DNA from: Mobula hypostoma
Lineage: Eukaryota
NCBI RefSeq assembly: GCF_963921235.1
Contig: NC_086108.1
Span: forward strand, 51,462,001 to 51,526,000
DNA length: 64,000 nucleotides
Reading direction: 5' to 3'
In this document: positions 35,661 to 50,319 of the stretch, in pieces
Numbering within the stretch: the stretch's first letter is position 1
How the letters are laid out: the number at the start of each line of letters is the position of its first letter
Position numbers and translations under genes: made by a program
The notes under the pieces: generated by a model
The model's database searches: none
Told to the model about the DNA's origin: nothing
The model's input: the letters and a program-made list of their open reading frames with translations, nothing else

Positions 35661-38002
35661 TGTTTGCCCTCTGCTGGGGAACAGTTCATGGTGTATGGTC
35701 TTGTAGTTATTTCCAATCCCTCTAAACAGCTTCTGTTACCCTGCTCCGATGGTAGTAATGTGAACAGTGCATGTTCAAGATGGAGAAGGTCTTTCATGAT
35801 GGATGAGGCACCACTTGTCAAAGGTGTTCTCAACAGCCGGGAGAGTCGTATCCAGAATGAACTGGCTGTCTACAACCGAAGGGGATCTTAATCAACCAGG
35901 TAAGTCGGCTGAGGATTAACAAATGGCTTTCAGTTTGGATAAATGCAAGGTATTGCATTTTGGGATGTCAAATCAGTGTAGGACTTGTACATGAAAGGTT
36001 TGGGAAGAATGATGAAACACTGAGACCTAAGGGTACATGTTCATAGTTCACTGAAAACAGAGTCACATCTGGACTGGTTGGTGAAGAAGGTGTTTGGCAA
36101 GTTGGGAAATAAATATAGTAGGTGGGCTATATTTTGCAGTTGTACAAGGCACTGGAGAGTCCACACTTGGAGTATTGCATGCCGTTTTAGGTGCTCTGCT
36201 ATAGAAAAGGCATCATTAAGTTGAAATGAATGCAGAGTGGAATCACGAGGGTTATGGCAGGGCTTGAGGGCTTGAGTCTTTGGGAATGCTGGCTAGACTA
36301 GGACTTTATTCCTTGAAGAGTAGGAGATTGAGGGGTGAACTCATGTAAAAACAAGAGGGAGATAGATAGGGTTAATATACATCATCTTTTTTTCCTAGGA
36401 CAAAGAACTAAAAACTAGGTTAAGGAGAGAGGTGAAAGACTTAAAAGGGACCTATAGGGAAATTTATTCACTCAGAGGGTTGTGAGTTTACAGAATGGGC
36501 TGCCAGAAAAAGTGGTCGTATAATAACAACATTCAAAAGACATAGGGAAGAATTCACACAGATGAAGGGCTAAGTGCGAAGAAATGGGGACTAGTTTGAC
36601 AGGCAACATAGTTGGCATGGATTGTTGGGACAAAGGGTCTGTTTAAACTGTGTTATTCTATGATTCTATAAATTCAAGAGACAGCATCTCTTCATCTGAC
36701 TAGCAAATGAACCAAAGGCAACATGAGGAAAAACATTTTGTTCAAACACATGACTAGCATCTGGAATGCATTGCCTAAAAAGGTGGAATTGATTCAATCA
36801 TGCCTTTCAAACTAGAACTAGATCTGTACTTGAAAGAAAGAATTGCAGGTCTACAGGGAAAGGGCAGTGGAGTGGGACCAGCTGCATTGTGCTTTAAGAG
36901 AATTGACATGGACTTGAAATGCTAAGCCTTATGAGGTGCTTTGATTCCAGGCACATTACAGCTTTACAGACTCAACAAATTCAAATAACTCTTTGGTTAT
37001 TCACTTTTACACCTCGTCTAAACTCATTGTTTCCCATAACCACCTTATTTCCCTGCATCACCATACCTCCAATCACTAGCCTTTACTGCTTTCCACCCTT
37101 CCACAAATATTTCATCCTGTTCTTTCCATTTCTTTCTCTTCAACTGTAACTTTTAATAGTTCTGATAAAAGACTAATTGCTTGAAACCGTAAATATTCCT
37201 CTTTGTATGAATGTATCACAAGCTGCTGAGTACTTCCATATATTTTCTGTTTACAGATTTCCTTTTGTTACAGCTTTTGTGTTTAATTTATCGTTAGTTA
37301 AAAGGATGTGATCATCAACTAAAAATGGTAAAGCTTTTGTGGATGTTTTATAAGTCCAAACCTCCGGCAAGTCAAAGTTATGCCAGTGATATGCTGTGGT
37401 ATTCTCTATAACTTTCTGGTCAACAACTCATTCACTTTATCAGAAGATAAAGAATTTTGTCTGAGACATCATTGCTTTCAACAATCTACTGGCAATTGTG
37501 AACAACAGAATAAAGAATGAAGAGGATGGCACCAGCAAACAACATGACCAAGGGCGACATCCTCCAGACGGTTCATGAAATTGCTTCTTCCACTTCTTTT
37601 ACATCTTCTTTTTCTTGCAGATGTGGTTCTGTTGCTGTTGAAGCCTGTGATCTACATTTGGTTGGTGTGTTTTGGGGGCGATTGAATGATCAGGCACTTT
37701 GCTGTCTCCAAGTGTGTTCAATGAGTTATCAAGCGAAGCATGGGGCCTGGAGGCCAAGAAGCCTAAAGGCAGGGTGCAAGTCCATGATTGATGCCATTTC
37801 TTGCCGATCTTGCCAATCACATTGAGGAAGACTGAAACCAACAAGGACAAGAGCAGAGGATGCCAACTACCTGCAGGTGACTGGTCCCTCTCCCCCTCTC
37901 ACTCACTGTAGCCAGATGAAGGTGTCTGCATGTGACCGGTCTCTTATTCCCTCTCGCCGCTGCTCCTGGAGGAAGGTGTCTGTGTACAATCAATATATAT
38001 AT

Positions 38003-38013
38003 ATCTCTCTCAC

Positions 38014-38049
<36 letters not shown>

Positions 38050-38090
38050 CCCTCCCCCCCTCTCTCTCCCCCCTCTCACTCTCTCTCCCC
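38003..38090. repeat. (TC)n-rich microsatellite
   Basis: Visible directly. Confidence 0.9.
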
Positions 38091-39249
38091 TTCTTGCTCA
38101 ATGCTGCCGGAGTCCTTGTTCTTGGGCAAGATTTAGTCAACACGATTTGTGTTTGGGTCGCTGTAGTTCATGTAGTGATGTGTTTTTGGTTGCTCCTTTA
38201 TTTGTCGCTATTTTTGTGTGATTTTGATCAGGCAGACTGAACCTATGGCCTGCAGGTAACGAAGACACAGTACTGGGTTAGGCTGGATTGAAAATGCTTG
38301 GACTTTTTTGATAACTTTGTGGTTTGGTGTTCTGTATTCTGTGCTTTCCGCTCTTTTTTGCTGTTTGCATGATTTGTTCTTTTTTTGTGTGCTGGGAGTT
38401 TGATGCTTTTTCTTTGAACAGGTTTCATGGGTTTTCTTGGTTTCATGGCTGCCTGTGGGAAGACGAATCTCAGGGGTGCATACTCTATACATACTTTGAT
38501 AATAAATGTACTTTGAATCTTTGATATCACTCATAACATGCTCGCAAGAATCCTTTATAAACAGGTAGTGGAGTTTTCCTAATTATTTAGTATAATCTTC
38601 ATTACAATTAAACACAGATAGACATTCTCAAGATTCAGAGATTAATACCAATTTACATGTTATGAAAATGATCTGTCTTATGCATGAATAATAAAAACTT
38701 TAATCTCAGATATTAATGGCTGTCCAGTGGTCACTTTTACAGTCCACGTGTTGATAGCTAGCTGCCAATCTCTCAGATACAGTAGATTTCCTCTATGTTT
38801 TAATACATACCCATTCAATAAAACAAAAAACTGAGTGAAATCCCATGCAGTTTTCTATACACAACAATTGTATTTATGCATTAATTAAAAATGGCTTGCT
38901 TACTGTTATATAGCTTTTTCAAAAACATAATCATATGTTTTAATTCCTATAATAACAAATTACTACAGGCAATATGGAGAGGAAAATAAGAAACCATAAA
39001 AAAACCTCAAATACTGCAAAATAATTATTCATTTCTATACTGTGAAATTAATGCAATTTAGGACTCTCATAACACTATTCTTCTATTGAGGACTTCACTC
39101 AGTATTGAACTTCAGTACTATAGTGTATGCAAAGTGGTCAGCTCCTGTACCAACAATTTTCAGCAAAGGCCTTGGTGTAATTTAAATGTTGATAGCCCAC
39201 TAATGCCTTTGGTGAAACTGAATAGCATTCCAGACTTTTTAAACTATCA

Positions 39250-39575
39250 TACAGTGCAGATCCAGGCCTTTGGTCCATCAAGTCTATGCTCATCATCAGC
39301 TATCCATTCAGACTAATCCTACACTAATCCCATTCTCTCCCACATTCCCATCTCCTTCCCAGATCCCACCGCTCACCAGCACACTAGGACAAATTTACTG
39401 AGGTTAATTAAATTACCAAGCTGCACATTTTTTTATGTGTTGTGGTAGGAAAACAGAGAATACGGTGGAGTATCCCATGGACACAGGAGAATGTGATACC
39501 TTCAGAGGTCAGGATGGAACATGGGTCATAGGAACTGTGAGGCTTCAGTTCTACCAGATGAATCACTGTGCCTCT
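39250..39575 (-). mobile_element. Degenerate HE1-like V-SINE
   Basis: V-domain-like tgtggtaggaaaacagagaatacggtggag..acacaggagaatgtga plus a CR1-type tail. Confidence 0.55.
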
Positions 39576-42500
39576 CCAAAGATAGATATATTTTGGATCA
39601 TCTTTGCTGTAAGAAACATTCCCCATCAAATTGCTGTAAGTATTGCTATGTCTATTTCCAACTATTTTATGTTTTTTCAGGTTAACATTCATTAGCCTGT
39701 TCAGTTGTTTCAGGAATAAATTTATTAAGCAAGTCTTGTATCTGGATCCCATCTGTGCCTATTTCAACAAGCACAGTTATTACGTTCTGCATACGCAAGG
39801 TCCATGTCTATCTTTGTGTGATTGCAGGTTCTGAAAGTAGGAGGTACCACTAGAAATCACCCAAGACCTGGCCTTAGATCACAGTCTACATCAGAAGAAT
39901 TGAAAGAACATCAAAAGATTAAAGAAGGTTCCATGTGCATCAAGTAGAACATTTACTAAAGAGCAGCCTGTAGATCCACACAGATTTAAGTTCTGCCCTT
40001 CCTGGTAGGTGCTCTCAGAAAGTTTCAAAATTGCACATCATCTGGCTGGTATGACAACCAAATGCACTATGTCTCTGTCATCTGCAAACATACTGATCAC
40101 CCGCCTACATTTTTGTCCAGATGAGATCCCAAAACAGAGGAACAGCATTAGCTATGTTCCAGTCCTCCGGGGTCTTGCTTGTGGCTAAAGAGAATGCAGA
40201 GATCTTTATCAAGGTCCCAGCAAACCCCTTTCTTGCCTCTCAGTAACCTGGATGAATCCCATCAGGCCCTGGTGAATAAATTACATTAATATTCTTCAAG
40301 AAACCCAACACCGCTTCCCCCTCAGTATCAACATACTGTTTGATATCAGCATTCCCCTCCACAATCTCAGTACCCTTCAAATCCTTCTCCATGTTGAATA
40401 CCAATGAAAGTAATTCTTTTCCTCGTTTCCTCTAGCTTCAGGCATAAATTCTCTTCTTTGTCCCTGACTACACTTTCCCTAATTACTCACTTGTTTTTAA
40501 TGTATGTAAAAATATGTTAGTCCTATTTGCCAAGAACATTTCACAGCCTGTTTTAGTCCTGTTGACTCTTTGTTTATGTTCTCTCTTTTTCCTTTTATAT
40601 TTCTCTAGGAGCAGACTAATTATAGTTTTCTAAACTTTATGTTTTCTTCTTTCCTTTTGACTAGATTTGCAGTATCTTTTGCCATCTTGTGTTCTCAAAA
40701 CTTGCCATCCTTGACTTTCTTTCTCATGGGAACATGTTGGTCTTAAATTCTGATCAGCTAGCCCTAAAGAGGCTGTAGTTTGCAATCTCCTCTGGTTAAT
40801 GTACAGTTGCAGCCTTGGATTGTATCTGCTGTCCTCGATTACTTTTCTATAGTGCTCAATTAATGAGAATTTGAAGACTCCAGAATTTGTAATTCATGCA
40901 CCTGAGAAGCTAACCAAAAGGTATGATATAGTGAATATAATTACCTCAGATTAATGTTTGATATTATTGGAGCTGATTATTGATTTCATGAGGAGGAAAC
41001 CGGAGTCCATGAGCCATTCTTCTTCAGGGGACCAGAGGTGGAGAGGTCAGCAACTTAAATTCCTCTCTTATCGTTTGTCAGCGCAGCAATAGTGTAATTA
41101 CGAAGAAAGCACAGCAGCACCTCTACATTCTTAGAAGTTTGTGAAGATCTAAAACTTTGACAAATGTCTATAGATATGAGGTGGAGAGTATATTGACTGG
41201 TTGCATCACAACCTGGTACAGAAACACCAATGCCCTTGAACGGAAAATCCTAACAAAAAGTAGTGGATACAGCCAGTCTATTGCAGGTAGAGCGCTCCCC
41301 ATCATTGAACACATCTACATGGACCACTGTCACAGCAAACCTGCATCCATCGTCAAACAGTTCTATCAGTTTAAACAGGTATCCCTAGATATTAGTGAGG
41401 AGTTTCCAGATTTGACTGACCTGGAGTATACTTTTGCTATACCTGAACCTGCTGCCAAGGTCCAGAGCCAATGTCTTTTATTGGCCAAAGCTTTGTGGGT
41501 TGTGATAAACTATTCACACTAAGCAATGAGCTATAAAAATGGTTGTATTTGTCTTGTGTGATCACTCAGAGGGAATTTGCTGAAAAAGCAAACCTGATCC
41601 TCAGTAGCAAGACACTGCCAAGTGATAGTAGCTTCCAAGATATCAAAAAGCCAGAACAAGCCACAGGAGTGTGAAAAACATGTAATGCTGCAGGCAGAAG
41701 TATTTTACCTTCACAGCTCTAAACAGGCTGTTTGTTTGAACAGATTCCCCAGTAGAGCTATGAGTTTCAGAATTATACTCCCATGATGGATTCTGAGAAG
41801 AATTCAATGCCTGAGCACAGTGGTGAAAAACCGATCAGCTGGAAACAGCATTCAGGAAAGCTGAATTGCTCTCTGTTACATGGGAAATACTGGCAGTTAC
41901 AAACGAAACAGCTCGAACATCACTGCAAAATCTACTTATGGTGTTTTAATTTCGCAGCAATAATGAATAGTCCATTTCAGAGAGCAATTAAGAGTCAACT
42001 ATATTGGTTTCAGCCTGAGCATATACAAAGTTCAGTTTGGATAAGAACAACAGATTGCTTTCTTTAAAAGGGAATAATGAACTAGATGAGTTTATTTCAT
42101 TCCAAAAGTTTCATAGTCATCACTATTACTGATGCTAATCTGCAATTTTAAATTATTTAATTAAATGAATTTACTTTCTCTAGCTGTTGATTCTAGATTT
42201 GAACCCTGCCTACAGACCTAAGCCTCTGCAATCATTCCTCACATGAAACTCATTAACAGGCTTCCTGCAGTTCCCTGTGCTGACTGATGCCTGTGACTAT
42301 AGAATTAGATGGTACAAGATTTTGTGAGATGCAAAATATTCTGATGCTGTCACAACAACAATTTTTGACCAAATAAGACATATTCTATTAATCCTGTGTT
42401 TATAAATGCTGGAGTAGCTGAGCTGATTCAGGTGAATAATCCCACGCAATATAGTTATCCTGCACTGGTAACCATTGAATATTTATTTTTGGCCCGAGTG

Positions 42501-45500
42501 AACTTCTGGTTACTGCTGATCTGCAGAATGTTGATGATGGAGAGGATTTTGTGCCAGTTATGTCAGTGCAAGTCAAAAGGAAGTCAGTGGACATTCTTTT
42601 TATTGGAGGTGGTCATCGACTGGCAATTATGTAATGCAAATATTGTTTTCCAGCTATCAAACTAGACCTAGATGTTTTCCAGTTCTTGGTGCATGTGGCC
42701 ATGTTGTGAAGAATTACAAATGGAGATAAATGTCCAGCAATCATGACACAACTTGGGCTCTTATAAATTTCTATGGATATACCATGGAGAGCATTCTGAT
42801 TAGTTCCATCACAGCCTGCTATTGATCCTCAAATGCACAGGACAGCAAGAAGCTGCAGAGAGCTATAGACTCAGACAACTTAATCATGGATACAAACCTT
42901 GCATCAAGGACATCTTCAAGAGGCAGTGCCTCAGAAAGGTGGCATCTGTCATTGAGGACTCTCATCATCTAGGACACGCCCTCTTTTCATTGCTGTCGTC
43001 AGGGAGGATTTACAGGAGCCTGGAGACCCATATTCAATGATTTTGTAATAGCTTCTTCCACGATCGGATTTCTGAACACTCCACAAACCTGTGATTGTAA
43101 CCTCTTCGTTCCTATTTTGCACTATTTATAGATTTAATTTATAGATTTTTGTTGTTCTGCAAAAACAACAAATTTCATGTCATGATAATCTGACTGATTC
43201 TCACCATGTGGTTGACAGTAGGTGTTTGATGAATGAGGGTAAATCTTGGATTGGGATACAGAATTCTAATTTTTTGCAGTTGAATTTCTTATGCCTTGGA
43301 TTTCAAGCATCTTCAGACTTTTGCGTGTTTAAATTTCTTATGTTTGTATTTTCATATCATTATCTACATACATGTAATTTTTCAGTGAGCTTTCTAGTGG
43401 TTGCACTTGTCACTGTATTTTTCTGGAAACCTTGATTTCAGTGGTAGGTGTCATATTACATAAATCTGGCTATCTCATTGGTCAACTGTTACCAATGGTT
43501 ATCAGTAGTCTGATATGACAAGACCACACTGGGTTTTTTTAGCCTTCTGCTGTTTCCTTTGTTCTCTCTCACCATGCTTCTTAGTTTTCATTGTTTTTGT
43601 ATCAATTAATAAAGCGATTGTAAGCAAGAAGTTTCATGCCTCATTCTTGACTTCCAAAGAATCTTTGGATCTGAAAGGCCTAAAATTCCAATAATCCTTT
43701 CAATTTAAGGTAAAGCAGACACAAAGACGTTTTAATAGGAATTTAACTTACCCAAATAATTTACTGCAGTTTTGAGGAGATTTTGGTGAGTCAAAGGCTT
43801 TGCAAGGGCTAGTTTTAATGTGCAGATTTTAATAAATGACTCACCGTAGCATTGACTGGGTTCAATAAAATTTGCCACAATAACACTGGATGGAGTGTAT
43901 CTAGTTTCTTTGAAGGTGGAGACATATGAAAGAACCATTAGGAATCACGATCTTTCAAAATTTGGTTCAAAATATTGATATAATTTCCAAACTCAACTTT
44001 TTCATGCATTAGGCCCGGTTGACATTGTGGATAGTCATGCAGCTCTCTTTTCTTAGCTTCTTGGTTGTTTGATTGTTGCCAAGATTTTCTGATGTGAAAT
44101 AGCAATGATACTGTAATTAAGGAGCACATAAAAATATTGCAGAATGAGGATTGGACAACCGAAATTACAATCAGTTTTATCAGCCTGATCATAAGTTCCT
44201 CTCTGGTGCCTCTGGAAATGTTTTCCTTCTTTCCCAAAGGAATAAACTGTTAAAGCTATTGAACTCCACACAAAATGTCACTGAAGAACTGATTGAAATG
44301 TGTTCCATTGAACATAGCTCCCACTTTATAACAAAAGGTTCAATTCAATAATATAAAAAACTTGACTTTGTTCCAAAATATTTTCCTTCAAGCCCATGTG
44401 TGCTTTGTGATTTGCAAGTTTTATTTGATCATATCAGTAAGAGTCTTTTTCCATCAATGTACTTACATTAATGGTTACCAATGCAACTCTCATTGTAGCA
44501 CAGTTCTGGCTGATGAAGTGGTTCTCCTAAATGTACTCCAGCTCCAACTATATCTTCACTTGCCCTTAATCCTCTATAGCTCAGAGCAAAACTCTCTCCC
44601 CTCCAGCGATTCAAAAGAAACTAAATGTTGCAATTCACTGTAAATTTGGAAGAGAGGTTTATAAAATCACATTAAGTAGTTTCAACGTAAAGTGATGTGA
44701 AAAGATTTTCTTGATATAAATTGAACACTTCTTTATATTTTACTATAATTCCATTAAAAAGGCTGATGGAACATCACAATATGTTGCTGAAAGGCCCATC
44801 AGGGCCTGTACTGTTCTGCACCCTAATAGCACATGAGGAAGTTGTGGGTGCAGAGACCATAATCTTTCAATGCTCTTTGTACCTCAAGATGGTAGCAAAG
44901 TAGAGAATGGCCAATTGATATAACACCCTTGCTTAAAAAGAGAATAGAAATAAAGCTTTCAATACAATTTAATCTCAGAGGTAGGAAAGGCTTTTTAAAT
45001 CATTGATCTAGGATAGAACTAATAAATAACCTGGATGAAAATGGATTAAGCAAGGCAAACCAGCACAGATTTGTTAAACACATATTGTGCTAAAAAAATT
45101 GATTAATGTTTTAATGAAGAAAAATTGATGATAGTTATGTGGTGTTCCTGGAGCAAAAAACCCTTGATAGCATGGATGCAAAATTGTCTGAGTAACAGAT
45201 GACAAAGGTCGTGGTGAACAGTTGTTTTGAGGACTGGACGAAGATGAAAAGTGATATTGTCCAAGGATCACTGTTAAAACCATTGCTCCAGGTTAATGAC
45301 TTATACTTGGGGTGGGTGGAACCAACAATTACCAAAACTTGGCAATGTGTAAACTGAGAAGGATGTAGTAATAAATTGCAGCAAGATATGATAGACTGGT
45401 AGAATGGGCAGATGTATGGCAGATGAAGTTTAATCTGGAAATATGTGGTGACACTTTTTGATATTAAGAATGAGAAGACACAATACAGAATAAAATATGG

Positions 45501-45639
45501 TGTTCTGCAAAGCAGAGGAACTTGTGAGTGTAAATGTACAACTTATTCAATGTAGTAGAGGAAATTAAGAGAATGTTTAATAAACTATACAAACCATCTT
45601 CAGGCAACTAATGGATACTGCTATTTTTAATTTTTTTTC

Positions 45640-45900
45640 TTTAGAAACGCAACACGTTACCAAGCCATTCCAGCTCGAATAGCCCGCGCCGCCCAGCTAT
45701 TTAACCAAATTCCATTTACAGCCATGTGACCAACTAACATACTCACTTAACTTTGGAAAATGGGAGGAAACCAGAGCACTTGGAGGAAACACACGAGGTC
45801 ACAGGGCAAACGTACAACCTCCTTACAGAGAGCAGTGCAATTGAACCCGAGTCACTGGCGCGGTAACAGCATTATGCTGTCGCTACGTTACTGCGCCGCT
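45640..45900 (-). mobile_element. HE1-like tRNA-derived V-SINE
   Basis: Minus-strand A/B-box-like head (gtagcg..; gggttcaatt), V domain gggaggaaaccagagcacttggaggaaacacacg, CR1-like tail. Confidence 0.7.
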
Positions 45901-46239
45901 CTGATTCCATAGGTGCCCTTAAGTTGATCTTGTCCATTGGTCAGAGGTTACTTGATACAGGGTTTTGAAATGAATGGCATCAAAAGAAACAAAGACTGAT
46001 AAGGAAGAGCAATTACTAACAGTGGAAAGAGAGGAAAGCAGTTCTGCTAGTTTTTGGAACAAACATATGAATGTACATTGAACTTGTAGATTTAATAATA
46101 TTCTAGGAGCTCATTCATATGTTGGAGTGCCCATAAGTCAATGTTCATAACCCAGTAACGTCTTGTACACATTTCTGGGCATTATCAACGGAGGCACAGA
46201 GTATAAAAGCAGGGAACTCATGCTGAACCTTTACAAAAT

Positions 46240-47230
46240 GGGATAGGGTTCCTCTTGTCCTCACCTACCACCCCACTAGCCTCCACTCCAGCATAACTTC
46301 TGTCCTTAACACGAGTAATTTTTCCGTAACTTCTGTCATCTCCAATGGGATCCCACCACCAAGCTCATCTATTTGTGTCCCTCCCCCCACTCCACTTTCC
46401 ACAGGGATCCCTCCCTACGCAAATCCCTTGTCCACTTGTCCCTCCTGGTACTTATCCTTGCAAGCGGAACAAGTGCCACACCTGCCCCTACACCTCCTCC
46501 CTCACTACCATTCAGGACCCCAAACAATCCTTCCGGGTGAGACGACACTTCACCTGTGAGTCTGCTGGGGTCATCTACAGTATCCGGTACGCCCGGTGTG
46601 ACCTTCTGTATATCGGTGAGATGTGATGTAGATTCGGAGACTGCTTCGCTGAGCTCCTATGCTCCGTCGAGCTCCTATGCTCCGTCCACCAGAAAAAGCA
46701 GGATCTCCCAGTAGCCACCCATTTCAATTCTACTTCCCGTTCCCATTCCAGCAAGTCAGTCCACGGTCTCCTCTACTGCCGTGATGAGGCCACACTCAGG
46801 CCGGAGGAGCAACACCTTATATTCCACCTGGATAGCCTCCAACCTGATGGAATGAACATTGATTTCTCAAACTTATGATGATTGCCCCCCCCACCTCTCC
46901 TTCACCATTCCCATTTCCCTCTCTCACCTTATCTCCTTACCTGCCCATCACCTCTCTGGTGATCATCTTCCTTCCCTTTCTTCCATGGTCTTCTATCCTC
47001 TCCTATCAGATTCCCCCTTCTCCAGTCCTTTATCTCTTTCACCAGTCAATTTCCCAGCTCTTTACCCCTCCCCATCTCCTGGTTTCACCTATCACCTTGT
47101 ATTTCTTCCCTCCCCTCCTCCACCCACTTTCTTATGCTGACTTCTCCTCTTTTTCCTGTCCTGATAAAGGGTTGTGGTTCCACAGATGCTGCCTGGTCTG
47201 CTGCGTTCTTCCAGCATTTTGTGTGTGTTT
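46240..47230 (+). mobile_element. Penelope-like element 3' part (GIY-YIG)
   Basis: GTYPCKRNKCHTCPY..FTCESAGVIYSI..LLYIGE. Confidence 0.85.
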
Positions 47231-47909
47231 CTCTGGCAGAGAACTGCCAAAGACACATAGAACAGAACACCCTCCTGTGCAACACCAATTTTGTGATTCT
47301 ATAATTCCTTCTGTCTTTTTACCTCCCAAAATAGTAAAAAGTAATCATAGATGTGCAAAGAATGGATTTACAAAGTGAATGCAGAGGAGACCTGAATTAA
47401 TAAGGGATAGGATTCCATGTTCAGCTTCTCTTTTGGGCCCTAAACTGCCCAGAAGTTGGTTGAAAAACCAAAATGTTGGTTCTTGTCCACATCTTGCAAG
47501 GAATGGATGTGGCAGATGTGTTGAGGACCTGAAAAGGAATGAGAAGTCGTAGTTTTTGCTACATGTGTAGCACAGCTGAAAATGTTTGACAAGTTAATAC
47601 ATATAGTCAAGATCTCATTGTGAGCAGAGAACAGGGCAGCATCTGAGAAATAAAGCATAGAGAGAGCAAGTCACTTTTTCCATGGAAGTAAGTGTAGGGA
47701 CCGGACTAATGTGTGGTTCCGGACATCAGATGAGAGAAGTAAATAAATGCAAAGTTATCAAGAGAGGAGAGTCAGATGTTGATCAATGTACATAATGGGA
47801 GGATGCACATGTGGGACTGAGCGTTGTAGTGGAATTGCATGATGACATTCAGAAAGCAATGCTGCCCGATACGATCATGTACTGCAAGTTGGGAATTGTA
47901 ATGAAGAAT

Positions 47910-48578
47910 ATACAAAGTCATGGAGTCAGAAAGCACCCAGAAACAGGCCCTTCAGCCCTCTGGTCCATGCCTACATGTTTTTCTGCCTTGTCCCATTTAC
48001 CCACACTCAGCCCATACCCCTCTCATCCATGTCCTTATGAAAACTTCTCTTAAATGTTGGAATTGAACTCCCATCTACCTCCTCTGCTGGCAGCTCATGC
48101 CATATTCTCATCACCCTCTGAGTGAAGTTAGTTCCCCCTCAGGTTCACCCAAACATTTCCCTGCGGTTGGGTAAGAATAGAATCTCTAGTTCTCGTCTCA
48201 CCCAAGCTCAGGGGGAAAAGCCTGCAATATAGTTACCCTATCTTTCCCCTTCATAATTTTGTATTAGTTCTATCAAACCTCTCCTCACACTCCTGTGCTC
48301 CAGGGAATAATGTCCTAAACTATTCAACTCATGTCCTCAAGTGCTGGCAACATCCTTGTAAAGGGTCTCTGTACTCTTTCAAGTTTATTGATATCTTTCC
48401 TGCAGGTAGGTGAACAGAACTGTACACATAATTCCAATACCACTAACCATACATTGTACATTCTGATCCAAATCATTGATACAGATTACAAACAACAATG
48501 GGCCCAGCACAGATCCTTGAGGCACACCATTAGTCACAGGCCTTCATTCCAAAGCCTACCTTCTACCATCACACTCTT
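47910..48578 (-). mobile_element. CR1 3' fragment
   Basis: Homologous to 11740-12300. Confidence 0.7.
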
Positions 48579-48579
48579 A

Positions 48580-50316
48580 TGGGTAATTACAGGTTGCGGG
48601 GAGCCTGGGGTTTACAGGGATAGAATGACCCAATATGTAAAAGACCTTTGTAACCAACTTAAAGTGTTGAAGGACCAAGCAAAACAACAGCAGCGAATCG
48701 CTGATCAGAGAGAGCCAGAGGGAAAGGGGATAGTTCTTCCACAGCCCAGCGACCAGGTTATGGTGAAAGTGCTGCCAGAAAGGCCAGAATTTGCCCCCAG
48801 GTGGATAGGACCACAGACGGTACTCTTAACGAATGATACGTGTGTCTGTGTACAGACTCGGCGAGGCAGTCAGTGGAAACACTGGACTCAGGTTAAAGTA
48901 TATGACTCACCCTCTTGTTGTTCCCACAGACAGAGTGGGGAACCAAGTGTACCCAGTAACCATGTAATTACAGAGAACCTAAGAGAGGAACACCAGCCGG
49001 CCATGCCAGACCCGACCACAGCTGATTAAAACATACCCGGAGGAACCGCAAAGGCAGAAAACACTGAGAGCGTGGCAGAAGACACTGAGAACATGTTGGA
49101 AAACCATGAATAACCTGCTAAAGTGTGATGACGATGGTACTCTGTAAAGAAGGCTGGTTGCTGAAGGTAGGTGATTAATTTTATAGCATAGTATAGAAAT
49201 TTATTGGGAAATAGACAGGGAGGAATTTCTGAGTTAAAGCAGAGACGGCAAGTTCCACCACTTTGATGGCATTTCAGACTGCACACGGCATCTGAAAGCA
49301 GTCACCCCGAGTCTGAGGAGCTGGGCCCTTTTCAGCAGTTGAGCCAGTGATCGACCGGACAGTTCAGAAGGGGGTGCCACCGGGGAGAGGTCCTTGCAGA
49401 CATTTACATAGAGCCCACCCCAACCCCTTCCTGTACATCGATGAGAGAGCCTGTGGGCGCTCCTGGAAGGAGAGTTTCAGCGACCAGAGGATAAAGGGCT
49501 GAAACAAAGGAATGTGATTAAGATGCAGTCAGCCTGCAGGCACATGAAAGGAGCTGCATTCCTAAAGACTTGGAACAGCCTCTCTGCTTAACATTTGGTA
49601 GGTAGCGGTTAGGGAATGCTAGGATAGATATCGAGGTACATAAAATTGGGGGGGATTTTGAGACAGGACATTTTTGCTGCCTTATTTGAGCAGATCTCCT
49701 AGGCTGGCCTTTCCTGACACAAACTTAATTTTTGTCCAGGAGGGCCAAGAGGAAGAACTGTCAGAGTGAGTTTCTTTGGGTAGATGATTTGTTTACACTT
49801 AAATGACTTTGGCCACCAGACTTCTATTTGACAAAGTACTGTGGATTGAGTTCACAACAATGCGCTTCCTAAAAAGGTGTGACTACCAGATGCTTCTGGC
49901 ACTGTAGTTTGACCTGATGCTGTAGTTTCAAAGACAGTATCATCTATACATTATAAACATTAATTGTCTTCTATGTTAGCACGGGAAATGCCAAATAAAT
50001 GTATCATAGACTTAACTTGCATTCCTAAAGGCTGTAGATACCAACCCAGACATGTTGGCGTCGGAAGGTAACGATGGTGTGATATTTTGTATGTAGCTTC
50101 AATAGGAAGCATTGTCTATGCACTGTCTATAACTTTTTAAGTAGTGATTGCTTTTGTGTTTAGCATGTAAATATCGAGCCCATGTTGAGCTAGCAGACCT
50201 TTCTGCGGAAAGCATCTCTGTCCGTAGATGCCTGCTGTACCTTGTTGTGTTGAATGAAGAAGCTGCTTTGTATCTACCAGTGACTCTGTCTCTCCGGTAA
50301 TTTCACCCACGCTACA
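48580..50316 (+). mobile_element. Endogenous retrovirus 3' end (epsilon/gamma-like integrase C-terminus, PPT, 3' LTR 49659-50316), no env recognised
   Basis: QPSDQVMVKVL..FAPRWIGPQTVLLTNDTCVCV..WKHWTQVK is a retroviral integrase C-terminal domain. PPT aaaattggggggga at 49642-49655, then an LTR tgagac...gctaca. Confidence 0.8.
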
Positions 50317-50319
50317 AGA

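Larger units (their letters stand above)
33246..36670 (+). mobile_element. CR1 ORF2 relic(s) interrupted at 34148-35878
   Basis: RT peptides run up to SVEEAGYL (34147) and resume at the homologous next position EGDLNQ (35879). Confidence 0.65.

Noticed and set aside
37817..38240. ER-repeat and SL-repeat ORFs
   Set aside because: Translation of the (TC)n microsatellite.
48331..49029. 232-aa ORF as a novel gene
   Set aside because: Chance read-through from antisense CR1 sequence into an ERV integrase C-terminus.
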